From: a virus | Taxonomy: Duplodnaviria; Caudoviricetes | Virus record (IMG/VR): IMGVR_UViG_3300033067_001161 | Location: 1 to 54,301 of that record | Length of the DNA: 54,301 nt | Direction: 5' to 3' (one strand) | In this document: positions 19,902 through 31,018 of the stretch, piece after piece | Position numbering within the stretch: the first letter of the stretch is position 1 | How the letters are laid out: the number at the start of each line of letters is the position of its first letter | Program-made: the position numbers and the translations under genes | Notes under the pieces: generated by a model | Databases searched by the model: none | Told to the model about the DNA's origin: nothing | The model's input: the letters and a program-made list of their open reading frames with translations, nothing else

Positions 19902-22900
19902 TAGATTTGTCACAAATACAGATTTTGCTTCTATATCAGCTATGAGTTTAACTTCCGTTATAGTTAAATCTGATGTTGATAAAGATTTTAGAATAAATTT
20001 TGAACCATCATATAGTGGATTTGAGAACTTCATATTTTTTGGTAGTGCCGAAGCAATAACAAATAATGCTATAAACAAAATAATAAGCACATATCCTATT
20101 AATACTACTGGGGCTACAGCATCTGAATTTTTATTTGAACAATCTCAAAAGTATGTAAATATTTATAGTCCATTTGAAAGACGAGTGCTTGAAGGATTTT
20201 CCACATCTATTACAGGAACATATAATGGAAATTCTATTTCTATAATAAATCTTAGACGAAATGCTGATGGTTCTTTATATAACATAAATGATGTTAGCTA
20301 CGTGGAATCTATAATAGAAGAATCCAAGATGTATGATCATCATAATAAAAATATATTGCAAGGGTTTGTTCCGTATCAATTAATAGAGTATGATGAAAAT
20401 GATATTCTTGCCAATACTATGAATATGTTTGGTAATGTTATGGATGAAGTATTACAATATACATCACAATTTGGTAACTTATTTAATGTTACTAATAATT
20501 ATTCCGAGTATGATAAACCTAGAGCATACGATTCATTCAACTTATTAACTTTGTTTGGATTTAAAGTTCATACTAATTTTTTATTTAGTACACTTATAAA
20601 TTATTTAATTAAAACTGGAACCAAGTTTTCTGAAAAAGCAATTCAAACTCAAATATGGGATAGAGTACTTGCGAACTTAATATACATTTACAAAACTAAA
20701 GGAACATTTGAGTGCTTTAAAGCATTTTTACATTCTATAGGACTTAATGTAGATTTAATAGATATAAATGAATATGTGTACTACGATAAACCTGCATATA
20801 TAAAGACAACTAAAGTTATTAATTATTTTGAGTTGTTGTTTGATGATTCAGCATCAGGAAACATTTCTTCTAGTTCGTCTGTATTTAATTTAACTGGACT
20901 TGAATGGTCTATAGTTTTTAAGTTTGATTTGAAAGGAAAAATACAGAGTCAAGATTTATTTGGTAATGGTGCTTATGGGTTATCTGTCGTAAATACTTCT
21001 ACCACATCTGATTATGGGGAACATAGTGTTATGGGGCATTTTAGTTTTACTGGAGTTACATCATCAGGAACAGTATTTGGGATGAATACTATTGATTCCC
21101 CTGTTGCGTATTCTAGATTTCCTAAGACTGTAATTGTGTCTAAAACTAATAATTCTATGTATTTTGAAGTTTCTCATATAGATAACACCAATTTAATCGT
21201 TACCGAATATTCTGGTACGTATGTTTCGGTATCTCCATTTATACTTCCTGTTACTTCTTCTCCATTTTATTTGGGTAGATGTGGGAATGATAATAATAAT
21301 AGTTTTGTTGGTTCAGCTATAAATTTTAAAATATATAATAGAGAACTATCTTATATTGAAAAAATAAAACATAGAACTCAATTAGAGATGTTAAATTTAG
21401 TTGATAATACAATATCATCTTCATCAGTATTAGTTAATTGGAATTTAAATGAGCCACTATACGATAAATATAGAGAAAATAATTTTGATAATATTGCAAC
21501 TGAAGATGCTAGAGTTATTTTGGATTCTGCATCTGGATTTTCTACTGGAACAGTTACAGGTTATGCCAATTTTTTAAATGGTAGTAGATATGTATTGCAA
21601 CAAATAGTAGTGCCTACGGAAAAATATGTGTCTGGATTGGTTGTTGATGGGGATAAAGTAAACATAAATAAACCATTATATAAAAATACTAATTGGGTAT
21701 CTATAACTACTAGTCCTACTAAAAGTTTAAATAATGCATTTGAATATGTACTAGGCCCTATAGATTTTTATGATTATTTCTTATCTACAGATTTATCATC
21801 AAATAGTAATAAGTATAAAGGTTTAGAAACTCTTAGAAAATTATTTTATAGCACAGCAATAAGTGTTAAAGGGTATGAAACTTTAATATCAGATGTTGAA
21901 AGTTATGCTGTTGGATTATTTAAAAGTTTTTATCAGTTTTTACCAGCTACTGCTAAATTATTATATATGGGATTGTTGATAGAATCTCCTATATATGATA
22001 GAAATAAACATATAATTAGGAATGCTGAGTTTGATACTATAACTCATAAGAATCAATCCGAAGAAATAACACAATCATTAGACGAATATTTGGTACATCC
22101 ATTAACAAGTAATGTAGTTGCCGTATCTGTAACATCTAATATGATAACTATGGGAGCTACTGGAAATGTAAATGTAATGACATTATCTGGTTTGATAATT
22201 CCATCTATTACAGGAACACACGATTATGGTGAAGTAATAGATGATTTTGTGTATATAACTACCACACCAGAGATCGAATCTAATGATATTGTTTTAGATT
22301 ATATTAAAAATAGTAAAAACGAGTTTACATCTTTTGATGCTGGTAACGATATAGTTTCTCCTATAGATGTTTCAGTTGTAGATAATTTTAATATTGTGGT
22401 GGAAGGAAATCAAACTATATATTTAAGTAGAAGCTTGACAGGGCAGACACCTATAGTTATTAAGTATTTGGATGATTATGGTGATAATATTGTGGGAACT
22501 AAATTTAAGATAACCCAAAATGTTGATGGGGTTACTTCTAAATTTAACATTATAGATTTAGATTCAGGAACTACAGGTAATAATAAAAGTAAGAATTTTT
22601 CTATGTTAGATTATAGTGGTTCTAATTTAATATTTAGATTTATAAATACTATAGGAACGCCAGACATAACAGGAAATGAAGTAGTTAAAAATTATATTAC
22701 AATTAAAGATAGAGTTAAAGAATTTGATATTTTTATAAAATGGATTCCAGATATTAGAATTGTATATACTCCATTTAGTATTTTAGATAAAGTAAACATT
22801 ACAACTTATCCCTTAATTAGATGGAATCTAACCACAGATATAAATAGTATAACCGCAACTTATAGTGATTTCGGTGGTTTAACTAGTTCACAATTTACCA

Positions 22901-23340
22901 CATCTGCAGATTTTGTTGCAGGTTCTGGAGTTAATATATTATTTAATAATTTTAGTACAGAAAAAGATGGTGAGATAAATATTAAGTTTACAGTGTCAGG
23001 TCAGCAAGATTTATTTGTTTTAGACAGGACAGATATTCCTAATGAATTTCAACAGGTAGGTAGTGAATTACCTTTAGGTGGTATTGGGTATGATTCTCTT
23101 ATTTACAGTAAAAATACAACAGATATTAAAAAATTTAGATTGCCTAAAACAAAAACAGCTAAACTTTCATTAAAGTTAACTACAACATCTACTACTGCCA
23201 TAACGGTATATACATCAGGAGATGTTAGATTTTTTACTAATCAACCATTAGATAATACACGAAATAAAATATTTAGAATAAGATTTTATGCTATACCTAG
23301 TAGTATAAGTGCTGATGGTGTACCACCAGAAAAACCATAA
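19894..23340 (+). CDS. Large baseplate/tail protein (gp7/tail-I-like segment plus LamG/concanavalin-like domain)
   Basis: FIFFGSAE, IWDRVLANLIYIYKTKGT..KAFL..IG; WSIVFKF...FYLG...FVGSAINFKIYNRELS..LVNWNLNE. Confidence 0.65.
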   Translation: MSNRFVTNTDFASISAMSLTSVIVKSDVDKDFRINFEPSYSGFENFIFFGSAEAITNNAINKIISTYPINTTGATASEFLFEQSQKYVNIYSPFERRVLEGFSTSITGTYNGNSISIINLRRNADGSLYNINDVSYVESIIEESKMYDHHNKNILQGFVPYQLIEYDENDILANTMNMFGNVMDEVLQYTSQFGNLFNVTNNYSEYDKPRAYDSFNLLTLFGFKVHTNFLFSTLINYLIKTGTKFSEKAIQTQIWDRVLANLIYIYKTKGTFECFKAFLHSIGLNVDLIDINEYVYYDKPAYIKTTKVINYFELLFDDSASGNISSSSSVFNLTGLEWSIVFKFDLKGKIQSQDLFGNGAYGLSVVNTSTTSDYGEHSVMGHFSFTGVTSSGTVFGMNTIDSPVAYSRFPKTVIVSKTNNSMYFEVSHIDNTNLIVTEYSGTYVSVSPFILPVTSSPFYLGRCGNDNNNSFVGSAINFKIYNRELSYIEKIKHRTQLEMLNLVDNTISSSSVLVNWNLNEPLYDKYRENNFDNIATEDARVILDSASGFSTGTVTGYANFLNGSRYVLQQIVVPTEKYVSGLVVDGDKVNINKPLYKNTNWVSITTSPTKSLNNAFEYVLGPIDFYDYFLSTDLSSNSNKYKGLETLRKLFYSTAISVKGYETLISDVESYAVGLFKSFYQFLPATAKLLYMGLLIESPIYDRNKHIIRNAEFDTITHKNQSEEITQSLDEYLVHPLTSNVVAVSVTSNMITMGATGNVNVMTLSGLIIPSITGTHDYGEVIDDFVYITTTPEIESNDIVLDYIKNSKNEFTSFDAGNDIVSPIDVSVVDNFNIVVEGNQTIYLSRSLTGQTPIVIKYLDDYGDNIVGTKFKITQNVDGVTSKFNIIDLDSGTTGNNKSKNFSMLDYSGSNLIFRFINTIGTPDITGNEVVKNYITIKDRVKEFDIFIKWIPDIRIVYTPFSILDKVNITTYPLIRWNLTTDINSITATYSDFGGLTSSQFTTSADFVAGSGVNILFNNFSTEKDGEINIKFTVSGQQDLFVLDRTDIPNEFQQVGSELPLGGIGYDSLIYSKNTTDIKKFRLPKTKTAKLSLKLTTTSTTAITVYTSGDVRFFTNQPLDNTRNKIFRIRFYAIPSSISADGVPPEKP

Positions 23341-23357
23341 AGTAGTGAAGGAATTAA

Positions 23358-24503
23358 ATGAAAAATATTGTTAAATTAACACTTAAGAATGAATCGTTTG
23401 AATCGCATAATGAAATTCATCCATTTTTTCTAACTCAATTGGTGGATTTATTTTATAGAGGACATATAGATGATTATAATAATGTTACTTCTATGTTATC
23501 TGTGGCATCTCAATATTCTATATCTGGTAAGATACCAGAATTATCAGCTTTAACTGCATCCAATCATGTTGGAATTTATGCATTTAAGCAAATAGATACT
23601 GCATTAAAATTTTATGGGGACCCAAGAAATATTCCATCCATAACCGCAGATTATATTGCTACACCATTATCTACAAGGCATCTTGGCGATACTCCTTCAT
23701 ATTCTGTTACATCCATTAATAGTAATTCATTAATGATATCTCAAATATTTAGATACGCACCAACAGCTAATGATGTGTACACATCACTTAAACTATCATC
23801 ATTTTCTATTAAAACCAGATATGTTGCTCCATCTGTATTTAATGTTACGTATAGTCCTTTGGCATATATAACTTCTAAAAAACTTACTGGAAAAGATTTT
23901 ATAGAGTTGTATCCTACTGAATTTATAAAGTTAGATTGGATTTTAGATTTTAATGTTGCAGATGATACTGATAATTCTATGAATATTAAAGGTACAGTAA
24001 ATAATGTAACTGCACCTGTACATCCAATATTAATGAGTACTTTAACTAAAATATTAATAAATGGAACATATTTATTTCCAGAAACATCAGATAATGATGC
24101 ATATAATTTTCGTATTACAGGAATAATAGCATTTAAAGACCCTAATGGTGCATTATTTAATATGGGGTCAACTGCATTAGATACGGCATTCTATCTTACA
24201 CCAGATGCTGATTTTGGTGGATTGAGTGCTAACACTAACGATTTGTCTGTCACATATAGTGTTAGTTATACTAATAATACTAGTTTTCCGCAACAGATAG
24301 GTTCTATTATGTTGTCTGGTAGTAGGGTTAGTGGGGTTAAATCTGTAGTTCCAATCTCATGGATTAATTCTAAACATTTGTGGGGTCAAGAAGTTAGGAT
24401 TGTAAATCCTAGTGAAAGAATAGAATTAACTTGGACAATAAATTTAACACCAAAAACTTCTTCTATACTAGATTCTCAAACTATAAATGAAAGTGTGGTG
24501 TAA
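23358..24503 (+). CDS. Tail structural protein with internal two-domain duplication
   Basis: NEIHPFFLTQL...ELYPTEFIKLDW repeats as PVHPILMSTL...IVNPSERIELTW. Confidence 0.6.
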   Translation: MKNIVKLTLKNESFESHNEIHPFFLTQLVDLFYRGHIDDYNNVTSMLSVASQYSISGKIPELSALTASNHVGIYAFKQIDTALKFYGDPRNIPSITADYIATPLSTRHLGDTPSYSVTSINSNSLMISQIFRYAPTANDVYTSLKLSSFSIKTRYVAPSVFNVTYSPLAYITSKKLTGKDFIELYPTEFIKLDWILDFNVADDTDNSMNIKGTVNNVTAPVHPILMSTLTKILINGTYLFPETSDNDAYNFRITGIIAFKDPNGALFNMGSTALDTAFYLTPDADFGGLSANTNDLSVTYSVSYTNNTSFPQQIGSIMLSGSRVSGVKSVVPISWINSKHLWGQEVRIVNPSERIELTWTINLTPKTSSILDSQTINESVV

Positions 24504-24504
24504 T

Positions 24505-25161
24505 ATGGCAGAGTTTTTAGATAATAATAGAATTAAAACTACGTTTGTGTTTTCAGATTATTTTTTTGAATATGATAAATCTATATCAGATATTGTAAAA
24601 TTTAGTATTTCTGATGATAATATAGATTATTCATTAAACAAAGAGCATATAAAGGAAACGGTAGAACTTAGTCCTATACAATCGGATAAGTTAGATTCTA
24701 AAATTTTTTCAGATAATACAAATTTGAACGCAATTTTATATATTGTTCGTTCAAACGGTGTTATTTCTGAAGTGGGTGATGACATTTCTGTTGTAGACGG
24801 AAGCTATATTGAATTTGAATTTACACAAGAAACTGAGTTTTTTATTGAATTTATTAATAAGGGAATATTTAAAAATCTTAAAATAGATGGTATATCTGTT
24901 GATAATTTAGAAAAAAGTTATATTTATATAAAAAAGAAGGTGAGAATATATTTTAGTAATGTAGTTATGAATAGTGTTATAAATATTTTTTCCGTCAAAC
25001 GAGAACTTACTAAAAATTTACACTTATCATATAGATTTACAGGAAATACAATATCACCAGAAACTGAAAGCAATGCTGATAATGTTATTGTGTATGATGA
25101 TGATAAAAAAGAGATTCAAGAGATAACTACAATAATAGATAGTGTGCGAAAAATAGAATAA
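24505..25161 (+). CDS. Tail structural protein (paralog of 25182)
   Basis: MAEFLDN..IVKFSISDDNIDYSL; second Met chosen over track start 24487. Confidence 0.6.
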   Translation: MAEFLDNNRIKTTFVFSDYFFEYDKSISDIVKFSISDDNIDYSLNKEHIKETVELSPIQSDKLDSKIFSDNTNLNAILYIVRSNGVISEVGDDISVVDGSYIEFEFTQETEFFIEFINKGIFKNLKIDGISVDNLEKSYIYIKKKVRIYFSNVVMNSVINIFSVKRELTKNLHLSYRFTGNTISPETESNADNVIVYDDDKKEIQEITTIIDSVRKIE

Positions 25162-25181
25162 TTTTAATAGGAGATTAATAA

Positions 25182-25868
25182 ATGAGTTTTTTAAGTTCAA
25201 CCGCAACCATAGATGCCGTAATTACAAAAAAAGGTAGAGAGTTATTAGCATCTGGACAATTTAAACCATCTAAGTTTGCATTAGCCGATGATGAAATTGA
25301 TTATGGTATGTTATCTTTGGAAGATGGCGAAAATAAAATTTTAGAAACGATGGTTTTGGAAGCAAGTTCATTAGGTAACGATGCTAATACTCAATTAAAA
25401 TATAAATTGATTATTAGTGACGGACAAATACTTATACCTCAAATATCTGTACAACCTCGTTCTGTAGAAGCTGTTATTTATGATATTTATGAAATTAGAT
25501 TAAGTACTACCGAGTGGGGAACTGATAGAAGTTATACTGTCGTTAACAATAGTAATTATATTACATTGAATCCTAATCGAGCTATCATAGAACTTAACAA
25601 ACAATTATATATACCTGTATCTGGTAAAGATTATCAAACTGTACTAGCTCAGTTACAGGCATTAAAAAGTGTGTATCCGTTTAGGGATGGTAGAGATTGG
25701 GAACTGCCAGAAACATATGTAACTAGACCTAGTGCCGATGGTTCTCATAAGTTTTTCGTATTTTGTGTTACACCTGTGGAAGGAAATCCAAATATAACTG
25801 TGAATATATCTGGAAATAATTCTGGTGCAGTATCTGATTTCACAATTCAAAATATTATGATATTATAA
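25182..25868 (+). CDS. Conserved baseplate/tail-collar-like structural protein
   Basis: MSFL..IDAVITKKGRELLASG.F..SKFALADDEIDY; AGGAG RBS. Confidence 0.7.
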   Translation: MSFLSSTATIDAVITKKGRELLASGQFKPSKFALADDEIDYGMLSLEDGENKILETMVLEASSLGNDANTQLKYKLIISDGQILIPQISVQPRSVEAVIYDIYEIRLSTTEWGTDRSYTVVNNSNYITLNPNRAIIELNKQLYIPVSGKDYQTVLAQLQALKSVYPFRDGRDWELPETYVTRPSADGSHKFFVFCVTPVEGNPNITVNISGNNSGAVSDFTIQNIMIL

Positions 25869-25907
25869 TATTAAATTTAGGATGAAATTTAATTAAGGAG
25901 ATTTAAA

Positions 25908-26816
25908 TTGGAAGTATTTTCACCATTATCAGCAAATGATATAATAAATAAAAGTGTAACTATAAAAAATTTAGTAGGACTAGATATAACTTCTACAGTA
26001 TCATCTACCGCCATAGATGGTGTAATAGATGATCAAATAACAACTGAACCTATTACTATTTATAATGTTACTAATACAGGTTCTTTATCTGCAATGTATA
26101 ATTCTATAAAATGGAATTTGTATGAAAAATCTGGATTAGATAATATTGAAGCTATTGTTGGAGAATCTAGTAGCACATCTTTAACTGCAGGGATAATTAA
26201 AGTTATTACTATACCTAGAGAAACACTTAAACAAAGACTTACTCCGTCATCATTAACGGCATCTATAAGTTTTGCAGTTTCAAGTACTTTATGGTATATA
26301 AAGGATGAACCTGTAATATCATCTAGTGGGGATAGGTTGTTTAGGGGCAAATTAAAAATATCCACATCGCCCACATTTTCACCTACAGCAAGTACTACAA
26401 GTGTTGGGGATGTATTTTATAATTATGGTGTTATTGTGTTTAGGGGAAGTGTTGTTGGTAATGCATCTTTAAGTTCATCAATATCTGCAAATTATAATAT
26501 GCGATTTGTTAGTACTACCAGTACTACCGCTATAGATTTAACATCAGTTTCATTTAGAAGAGAGCAACAAAAAACTAAACAGATAATTTTCTGTAGAGCA
26601 TATAATAATACTTATAATTATTCTAATAATCCTACATATAGAAATTCGGACGGAACTATAAAACAAGATATATTAGATTTGGGCAATATGACATTTGCAG
26701 GTACAGTGGGAGTTTATGATGCTAATAATAATTTATTAGCTGTTGCAAAAGTTAATCCAGTTGCTAAAAAAACATCAGAAGATGAATTAATATTTAAGTT
26801 AGCTATAACATACTAA
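25908..26816 (+). CDS. Tail structural protein, paralog family 1/3
   Basis: TTG start with AAGGAG; VGDVFYNYGVIV; FCRA...YNYSNNPT..TVGVYDANNNLLAVAK. Confidence 0.7.
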   Translation: MEVFSPLSANDIINKSVTIKNLVGLDITSTVSSTAIDGVIDDQITTEPITIYNVTNTGSLSAMYNSIKWNLYEKSGLDNIEAIVGESSSTSLTAGIIKVITIPRETLKQRLTPSSLTASISFAVSSTLWYIKDEPVISSSGDRLFRGKLKISTSPTFSPTASTTSVGDVFYNYGVIVFRGSVVGNASLSSSISANYNMRFVSTTSTTAIDLTSVSFRREQQKTKQIIFCRAYNNTYNYSNNPTYRNSDGTIKQDILDLGNMTFAGTVGVYDANNNLLAVAKVNPVAKKTSEDELIFKLAITY

Positions 26817-26842
26817 TGGAAATTTCATTAAAACTTAATTAT

Positions 26843-26877
26843 AAAAAGGATGATATTTAATTGTCATCCTTTTTTAT
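26843..26877. terminator. Intrinsic terminator, potentially bidirectional
   Basis: AAAAAGGATGATA-tttaat-TGTCATCCTTTTTT. Confidence 0.75.
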
Positions 26878-26892
26878 TTGAGATAATTAAAT

Positions 26893-28032
26893 ATGTCTAA
26901 TACAGAAATTACAAAACCTACTAATAATCAAAAAGCATCATTTAAAGTATTATCTAAAGATAATATTCAACTTCAAATGATACCACAAATATTCAATTAT
27001 GATATTGGATTTAGTAGAAGAGACGAATCATTGACTGGGTTTATGACATCTAATGTTTTAACTGTAAATGATTATGGGTATTATAATATTCAACGAAAAT
27101 TTTATGAACAGCAATCATATACTGCTAACGATGGTTCTTCATCTGTAATTATACCATCATCTAAATTTGTGAGTGGGGTGGGGTCAGATTCTGCACACAA
27201 CATAATATCTCTGTCTTACAAGAAAATTATAACAAAAGATGGTATTAGTAATATTAAACCCGAAAAAAATATTTTAATTAATTTAAGTTCAGTAGCATAT
27301 AGTACATCAATATCTGCATCTTTCGGATTTGATGTTGATGATGGTAAGTCAATACCATATATATTATACGATAAACGAGTATCATCTACTGCTGGTGAAA
27401 TAATTATGAAAATTCTTAAACCAATATCTAATGGTTTATTATCTATATCTGGTACAAAAATTTCAGATTTTAGGTATGATGATTCGTTAGTTGTTGGTAG
27501 AATTTTTTATGATTATGCATTAATAGTTTTAGATTCTTTTCAAGCATACCAAATGTCTCAATGGACAATGAGTGGAAACACATACGTATATTATGTGCCT
27601 TATCCAGTACATAATAATTTTTTAGATACATCTATCCCTAATTATGAAACAAATGTTAATGCTACAATACCATTTTTAGGATATGATTTTGATAATGTAG
27701 TATTTTCTACTACTGGGGATATTGAGAGTTATAATAATCCTACTGATATTATTATTATAGATAATGTAAATGTAGATTTTAAATTAAATAAAAATAGTTA
27801 CATTATAAATGTTCCTATATTGCGAAAGGATTTTAATTATTCTACTAATAGATTTAGAAACGGTTCGGGGGAAAATGTTATTCCAGAAGCAACGGAAGAC
27901 AATCCTATATGGTTTAAAAAATTAGGATTTTATGATTATAAACATAATTTACTTGGTATTGCCAATATAAGTATTCCTATAAAAAAATCCAATAAACGTA
28001 CTATGATAATTAAAATTAAAATAGATTATTAA
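26893..28032 (+). CDS. Tail structural protein, paralog family 2/3
   Basis: VGRIFYDYALIV; FNYSTN..LGFYDYKHNLLGIANISIPIKK..IKIKIDY. Confidence 0.7.
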   Translation: MSNTEITKPTNNQKASFKVLSKDNIQLQMIPQIFNYDIGFSRRDESLTGFMTSNVLTVNDYGYYNIQRKFYEQQSYTANDGSSSVIIPSSKFVSGVGSDSAHNIISLSYKKIITKDGISNIKPEKNILINLSSVAYSTSISASFGFDVDDGKSIPYILYDKRVSSTAGEIIMKILKPISNGLLSISGTKISDFRYDDSLVVGRIFYDYALIVLDSFQAYQMSQWTMSGNTYVYYVPYPVHNNFLDTSIPNYETNVNATIPFLGYDFDNVVFSTTGDIESYNNPTDIIIIDNVNVDFKLNKNSYIINVPILRKDFNYSTNRFRNGSGENVIPEATEDNPIWFKKLGFYDYKHNLLGIANISIPIKKSNKRTMIIKIKIDY

Positions 28033-28033
28033 A

Positions 28034-28816
28034 ATGACTAAATACGATATAAATTTATTTGTTAAACCTGTAGATTATAATAAGCAATTTATAGAATTGC
28101 GACAGATCAATGCTTATCCCACATCTAGTTCAGTTACATCTGTTCATATATATTCTGTAACAGCATCAACTACAGATTGGACTTCTAGTTATTATGGTAT
28201 TACGGCATTTCCATATTTTGTTATAGTTCTTCCTGAAGTGTATGATAATGTGTTGCAGGGATTTACACAATTAAATTTAAATATACTTTCTGTAAGTGGT
28301 GCATTTTTATATGATTTTGCAGAATATGGTATAGCTACATATTCAGGTAGTGGTAATTTAAGTTTAATATTGGATGATAAATATTTGTTAAATAAAGAAC
28401 GAGACAAATATATAAATGTTGCTAGATTATTTGAAGCATCAACATCTATAACATCATCATTAACATCTAATACTGTAGGTAAAATTAATTCTAATTTTAT
28501 TGATTATGAGAAGGGAATAATTATAATTAGTGCTATTGGATTAACAGCTAATTCTATAAATTATTCATCTGCGGTTAGAATATCTGATAATCAATTTATT
28601 TGTGTTGCTAAATCAAATGAATTTAATAGGACAACTAATCCTTCTGCTATGATGCCATCGGGTACAGCATATGTTCCTGAATTTAATAATACGTATGTAA
28701 CTGGTATAGGAATATATGACGATAATGAAAATTTATTAATTGTTGCTAAGTTACACAGACCACTTAAAAAATCTAAAAAGATAGATACAATATTTAAAAT
28801 TCAAGTAGATATATAA
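28034..28816 (+). CDS. Tail structural protein, paralog family 3/3
   Basis: ICVAKSNEFNRTTNPS..TYVTGIGIYDDNENLLIVAKLHRPLKKS. Confidence 0.7.
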   Translation: MTKYDINLFVKPVDYNKQFIELRQINAYPTSSSVTSVHIYSVTASTTDWTSSYYGITAFPYFVIVLPEVYDNVLQGFTQLNLNILSVSGAFLYDFAEYGIATYSGSGNLSLILDDKYLLNKERDKYINVARLFEASTSITSSLTSNTVGKINSNFIDYEKGIIIISAIGLTANSINYSSAVRISDNQFICVAKSNEFNRTTNPSAMMPSGTAYVPEFNNTYVTGIGIYDDNENLLIVAKLHRPLKKSKKIDTIFKIQVDI

Positions 28817-29391
28817 TGTTTAAACTTGTGACCACTTCTAGAAATATTATCGGATTAGACATATCTACTACTGTGGTGGGATGGTGTGTGCTGAGCTCTG
28901 CAGATATAGTTATAAGTGCTGGTCATATAGATTTAACTGAGATAGAAGACGATAATTCTAATTTAAAATTATTTCAAAAGGCAGACTTAGTAATACAGCA
29001 AGTAACATCCGTATTGTCTAAAAATAAAATAAGAAATGTGTTGATAGAAACTCCAATAGGAATGGCTACAGGAAAAAATATAAATTCTGCAATAATGTTG
29101 AACAAGTTTAATTTTATGATCAGTTATACCTTATATGATAAGGGTTACAATATTCGTTATGTACCATCTCAAACAGCAAGAAAAAAACTATTCGGTGATG
29201 AATATTCTGTGTGGAATAAATTACCCAATAAAGAAGACAAAAAGGAGTATATTGCCAATTTTGTTAAAAAATACTTAGAATCCCACGTAAAATATGAAAA
29301 AAGACCTAGAGCAACGGATAAATGGAAATCTTATATTTATGATATATCTGATGCTTTTGTTGTCGCAAGAACGTTTTATCTTGACAATTAG
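28816..29391 (+). CDS. RuvC-like Holliday junction resolvase
   Basis: IIGLDISTTVVGWCV, VLIETP, ARKKL, DISDAFVVA acidic catalytic set. Confidence 0.85.
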   Translation: MFKLVTTSRNIIGLDISTTVVGWCVLSSADIVISAGHIDLTEIEDDNSNLKLFQKADLVIQQVTSVLSKNKIRNVLIETPIGMATGKNINSAIMLNKFNFMISYTLYDKGYNIRYVPSQTARKKLFGDEYSVWNKLPNKEDKKEYIANFVKKYLESHVKYEKRPRATDKWKSYIYDISDAFVVARTFYLDN

Positions 29392-29409
29392 ATAAAATTT
29401 TAGTATATT
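29381..29409 (+). promoter_or_regulatory. Sigma70-like promoter TTGACA-N17-TATATT
   Basis: Perfect -35, 17-bp spacer, upstream of primase/SbcCD genes. Confidence 0.7.
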
Positions 29410-29415
29410 GTCTTA

Positions 29416-29652
29416 ATGGAAGTATATTATCTTTTATATAAAAAGTTTAAATTAAATTTTCCTTTAGTTGGTTCTATTATAGAATTTAATTTGGAAGTTA
29501 ATAAATTTTTAAATCTTATCTATAAAGATAAGTGGGTTTATTGTATAATCCGAAGAGGAAGACTTCTAACTCAGTTTATGACTATTAAACATTGTAGTAA
29601 ATGTATAAGAACTGATAAAATTTATATTACCTGCAAGTTAATTAAAAAATGA
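29416..29652 (+). CDS. Hypothetical protein
   Basis: Immediately after promoter; stop overlaps primase start. Confidence 0.45.
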   Translation: MEVYYLLYKKFKLNFPLVGSIIEFNLEVNKFLNLIYKDKWVYCIIRRGRLLTQFMTIKHCSKCIRTDKIYITCKLIKK

Positions 29653-30596
29653 CATTAGAACAAGAACAATTAAAAAAAATAATAAATGATTATGTAGAAA
29701 CTTTATCATTTAAATGGTTACATTCTCAGGGAGATACTGTAGAAACATCCTGCAGATTTTGTAAAGATGATAAAAACTTTTCTATTTCTTTAACTAAACA
29801 TATATATCATTGCTGGAATTGTGATTCATCAGGAACACTTTATAAGTATTTTAGAGATCATGTTAAAGGTGTTGGTTTTGATAAGTATAAAGAGATTAGT
29901 AAACATGCTCACCGACAAAGTAAGATAGATTCATTTTTTAATAATAACTTTGAAATACAATACAAAAAACAAGAAGTAGTTTTGCCCGACACATTGATAT
30001 ATGTTGGGGATGCTGAGAATAAGGAAGAAGCACTTTATAGTGATTACTTTCAATATTTATATGGTAGGTATTTTACAAGAGAGCTAATGTTTAAATTAAA
30101 TGTGCATTTTGATTTTACGTCCGATAGAATATGGTTTCCTAGTTATGATAAACTTGGCAATTTGAATTTTGCTGTATCTAGAAGAATAAAGGGTAAAGGT
30201 TATATGAATCATGGGGAACGAAAAGATATAATATTTAATGAATATTTAATTGATTGGAGTAAACCTGTATATTTGTTTGAAGGTGTATTTGACTCTGCAA
30301 GAGTGGAAAACTCAATACCTTTATTAGGTATGTTTATGGACGAATCTTTCTTAATATTTAAGAAAATACTATTGCATAAGACCCCAGTTTTTTTTATATT
30401 GGATAAGGGAAAGAGAGTTATGAAAAATATTATAAAAGGAGCAGATTTAATTAAAAGTTTTAATTCTGAGATTCCTATATTTGTTGGTGAAATATCATCC
30501 GAACATTCGGATGTTGGTGAAATGCCAATTATTGATGTAAATAATTTTAAGTTTTATTCTTACGATCTTAAATATAAAATGATGCAATTATTATAA
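29649..30596 (+). CDS. DNA primase (Zn finger + TOPRIM)
   Basis: CRFC...YHCWNC; RIWFPSYD..GNLNFAVSR; VYLFEGVFDS; ILD; SDVGEM. Confidence 0.88.
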   Translation: MTLEQEQLKKIINDYVETLSFKWLHSQGDTVETSCRFCKDDKNFSISLTKHIYHCWNCDSSGTLYKYFRDHVKGVGFDKYKEISKHAHRQSKIDSFFNNNFEIQYKKQEVVLPDTLIYVGDAENKEEALYSDYFQYLYGRYFTRELMFKLNVHFDFTSDRIWFPSYDKLGNLNFAVSRRIKGKGYMNHGERKDIIFNEYLIDWSKPVYLFEGVFDSARVENSIPLLGMFMDESFLIFKKILLHKTPVFFILDKGKRVMKNIIKGADLIKSFNSEIPIFVGEISSEHSDVGEMPIIDVNNFKFYSYDLKYKMMQLL

Positions 30597-31018
30597 TGAA
30601 TTATAGTAAAAAATATAAATTAATGTATGAAAACGTGTACGAATGTCATTATGCGTTAAATAGTGGTAGGGTACTTAATAGATTACATGTTACAAATATA
30701 TTAAATCATGAAATAGATAAAGTTAAACTTAGAAATCAAACTATACTTTCCCATAAATTATCTGATAGGTGGATTAGGATAAAGACACAAAGAAGAATTA
30801 GTATGCCTAATAATGTATTTGTGTTGTATAATAGATGCAAAAATGTAATTAAAAAAATAGATACAAGTATATATTATAATAGGAAAGATAAAAAGTTTTT
30901 AACTAATAATGATTTGTTAATTGAAGATAACTATTATGATAGTACTGAGTGGGAACTTGTTCCTATGCAACCTTCATGTAAGTTGAGAAGAATTAATTTT
31001 AAAAAGGAAATATTATGA
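30596..31018 (+). CDS. Hypothetical protein
   Basis: Coupled at both ends. Confidence 0.55.
   Translation: MNYSKKYKLMYENVYECHYALNSGRVLNRLHVTNILNHEIDKVKLRNQTILSHKLSDRWIRIKTQRRISMPNNVFVLYNRCKNVIKKIDTSIYYNRKDKKFLTNNDLLIEDNYYDSTEWELVPMQPSCKLRRINFKKEIL

Noticed and set aside
28816-29391. RuvC protein as TnpB/Cas12-like effector
   Set aside because: Only 191 aa, contiguous RuvC fold, no Zn ribbon, REC/WED region or adjacent ncRNA gap.
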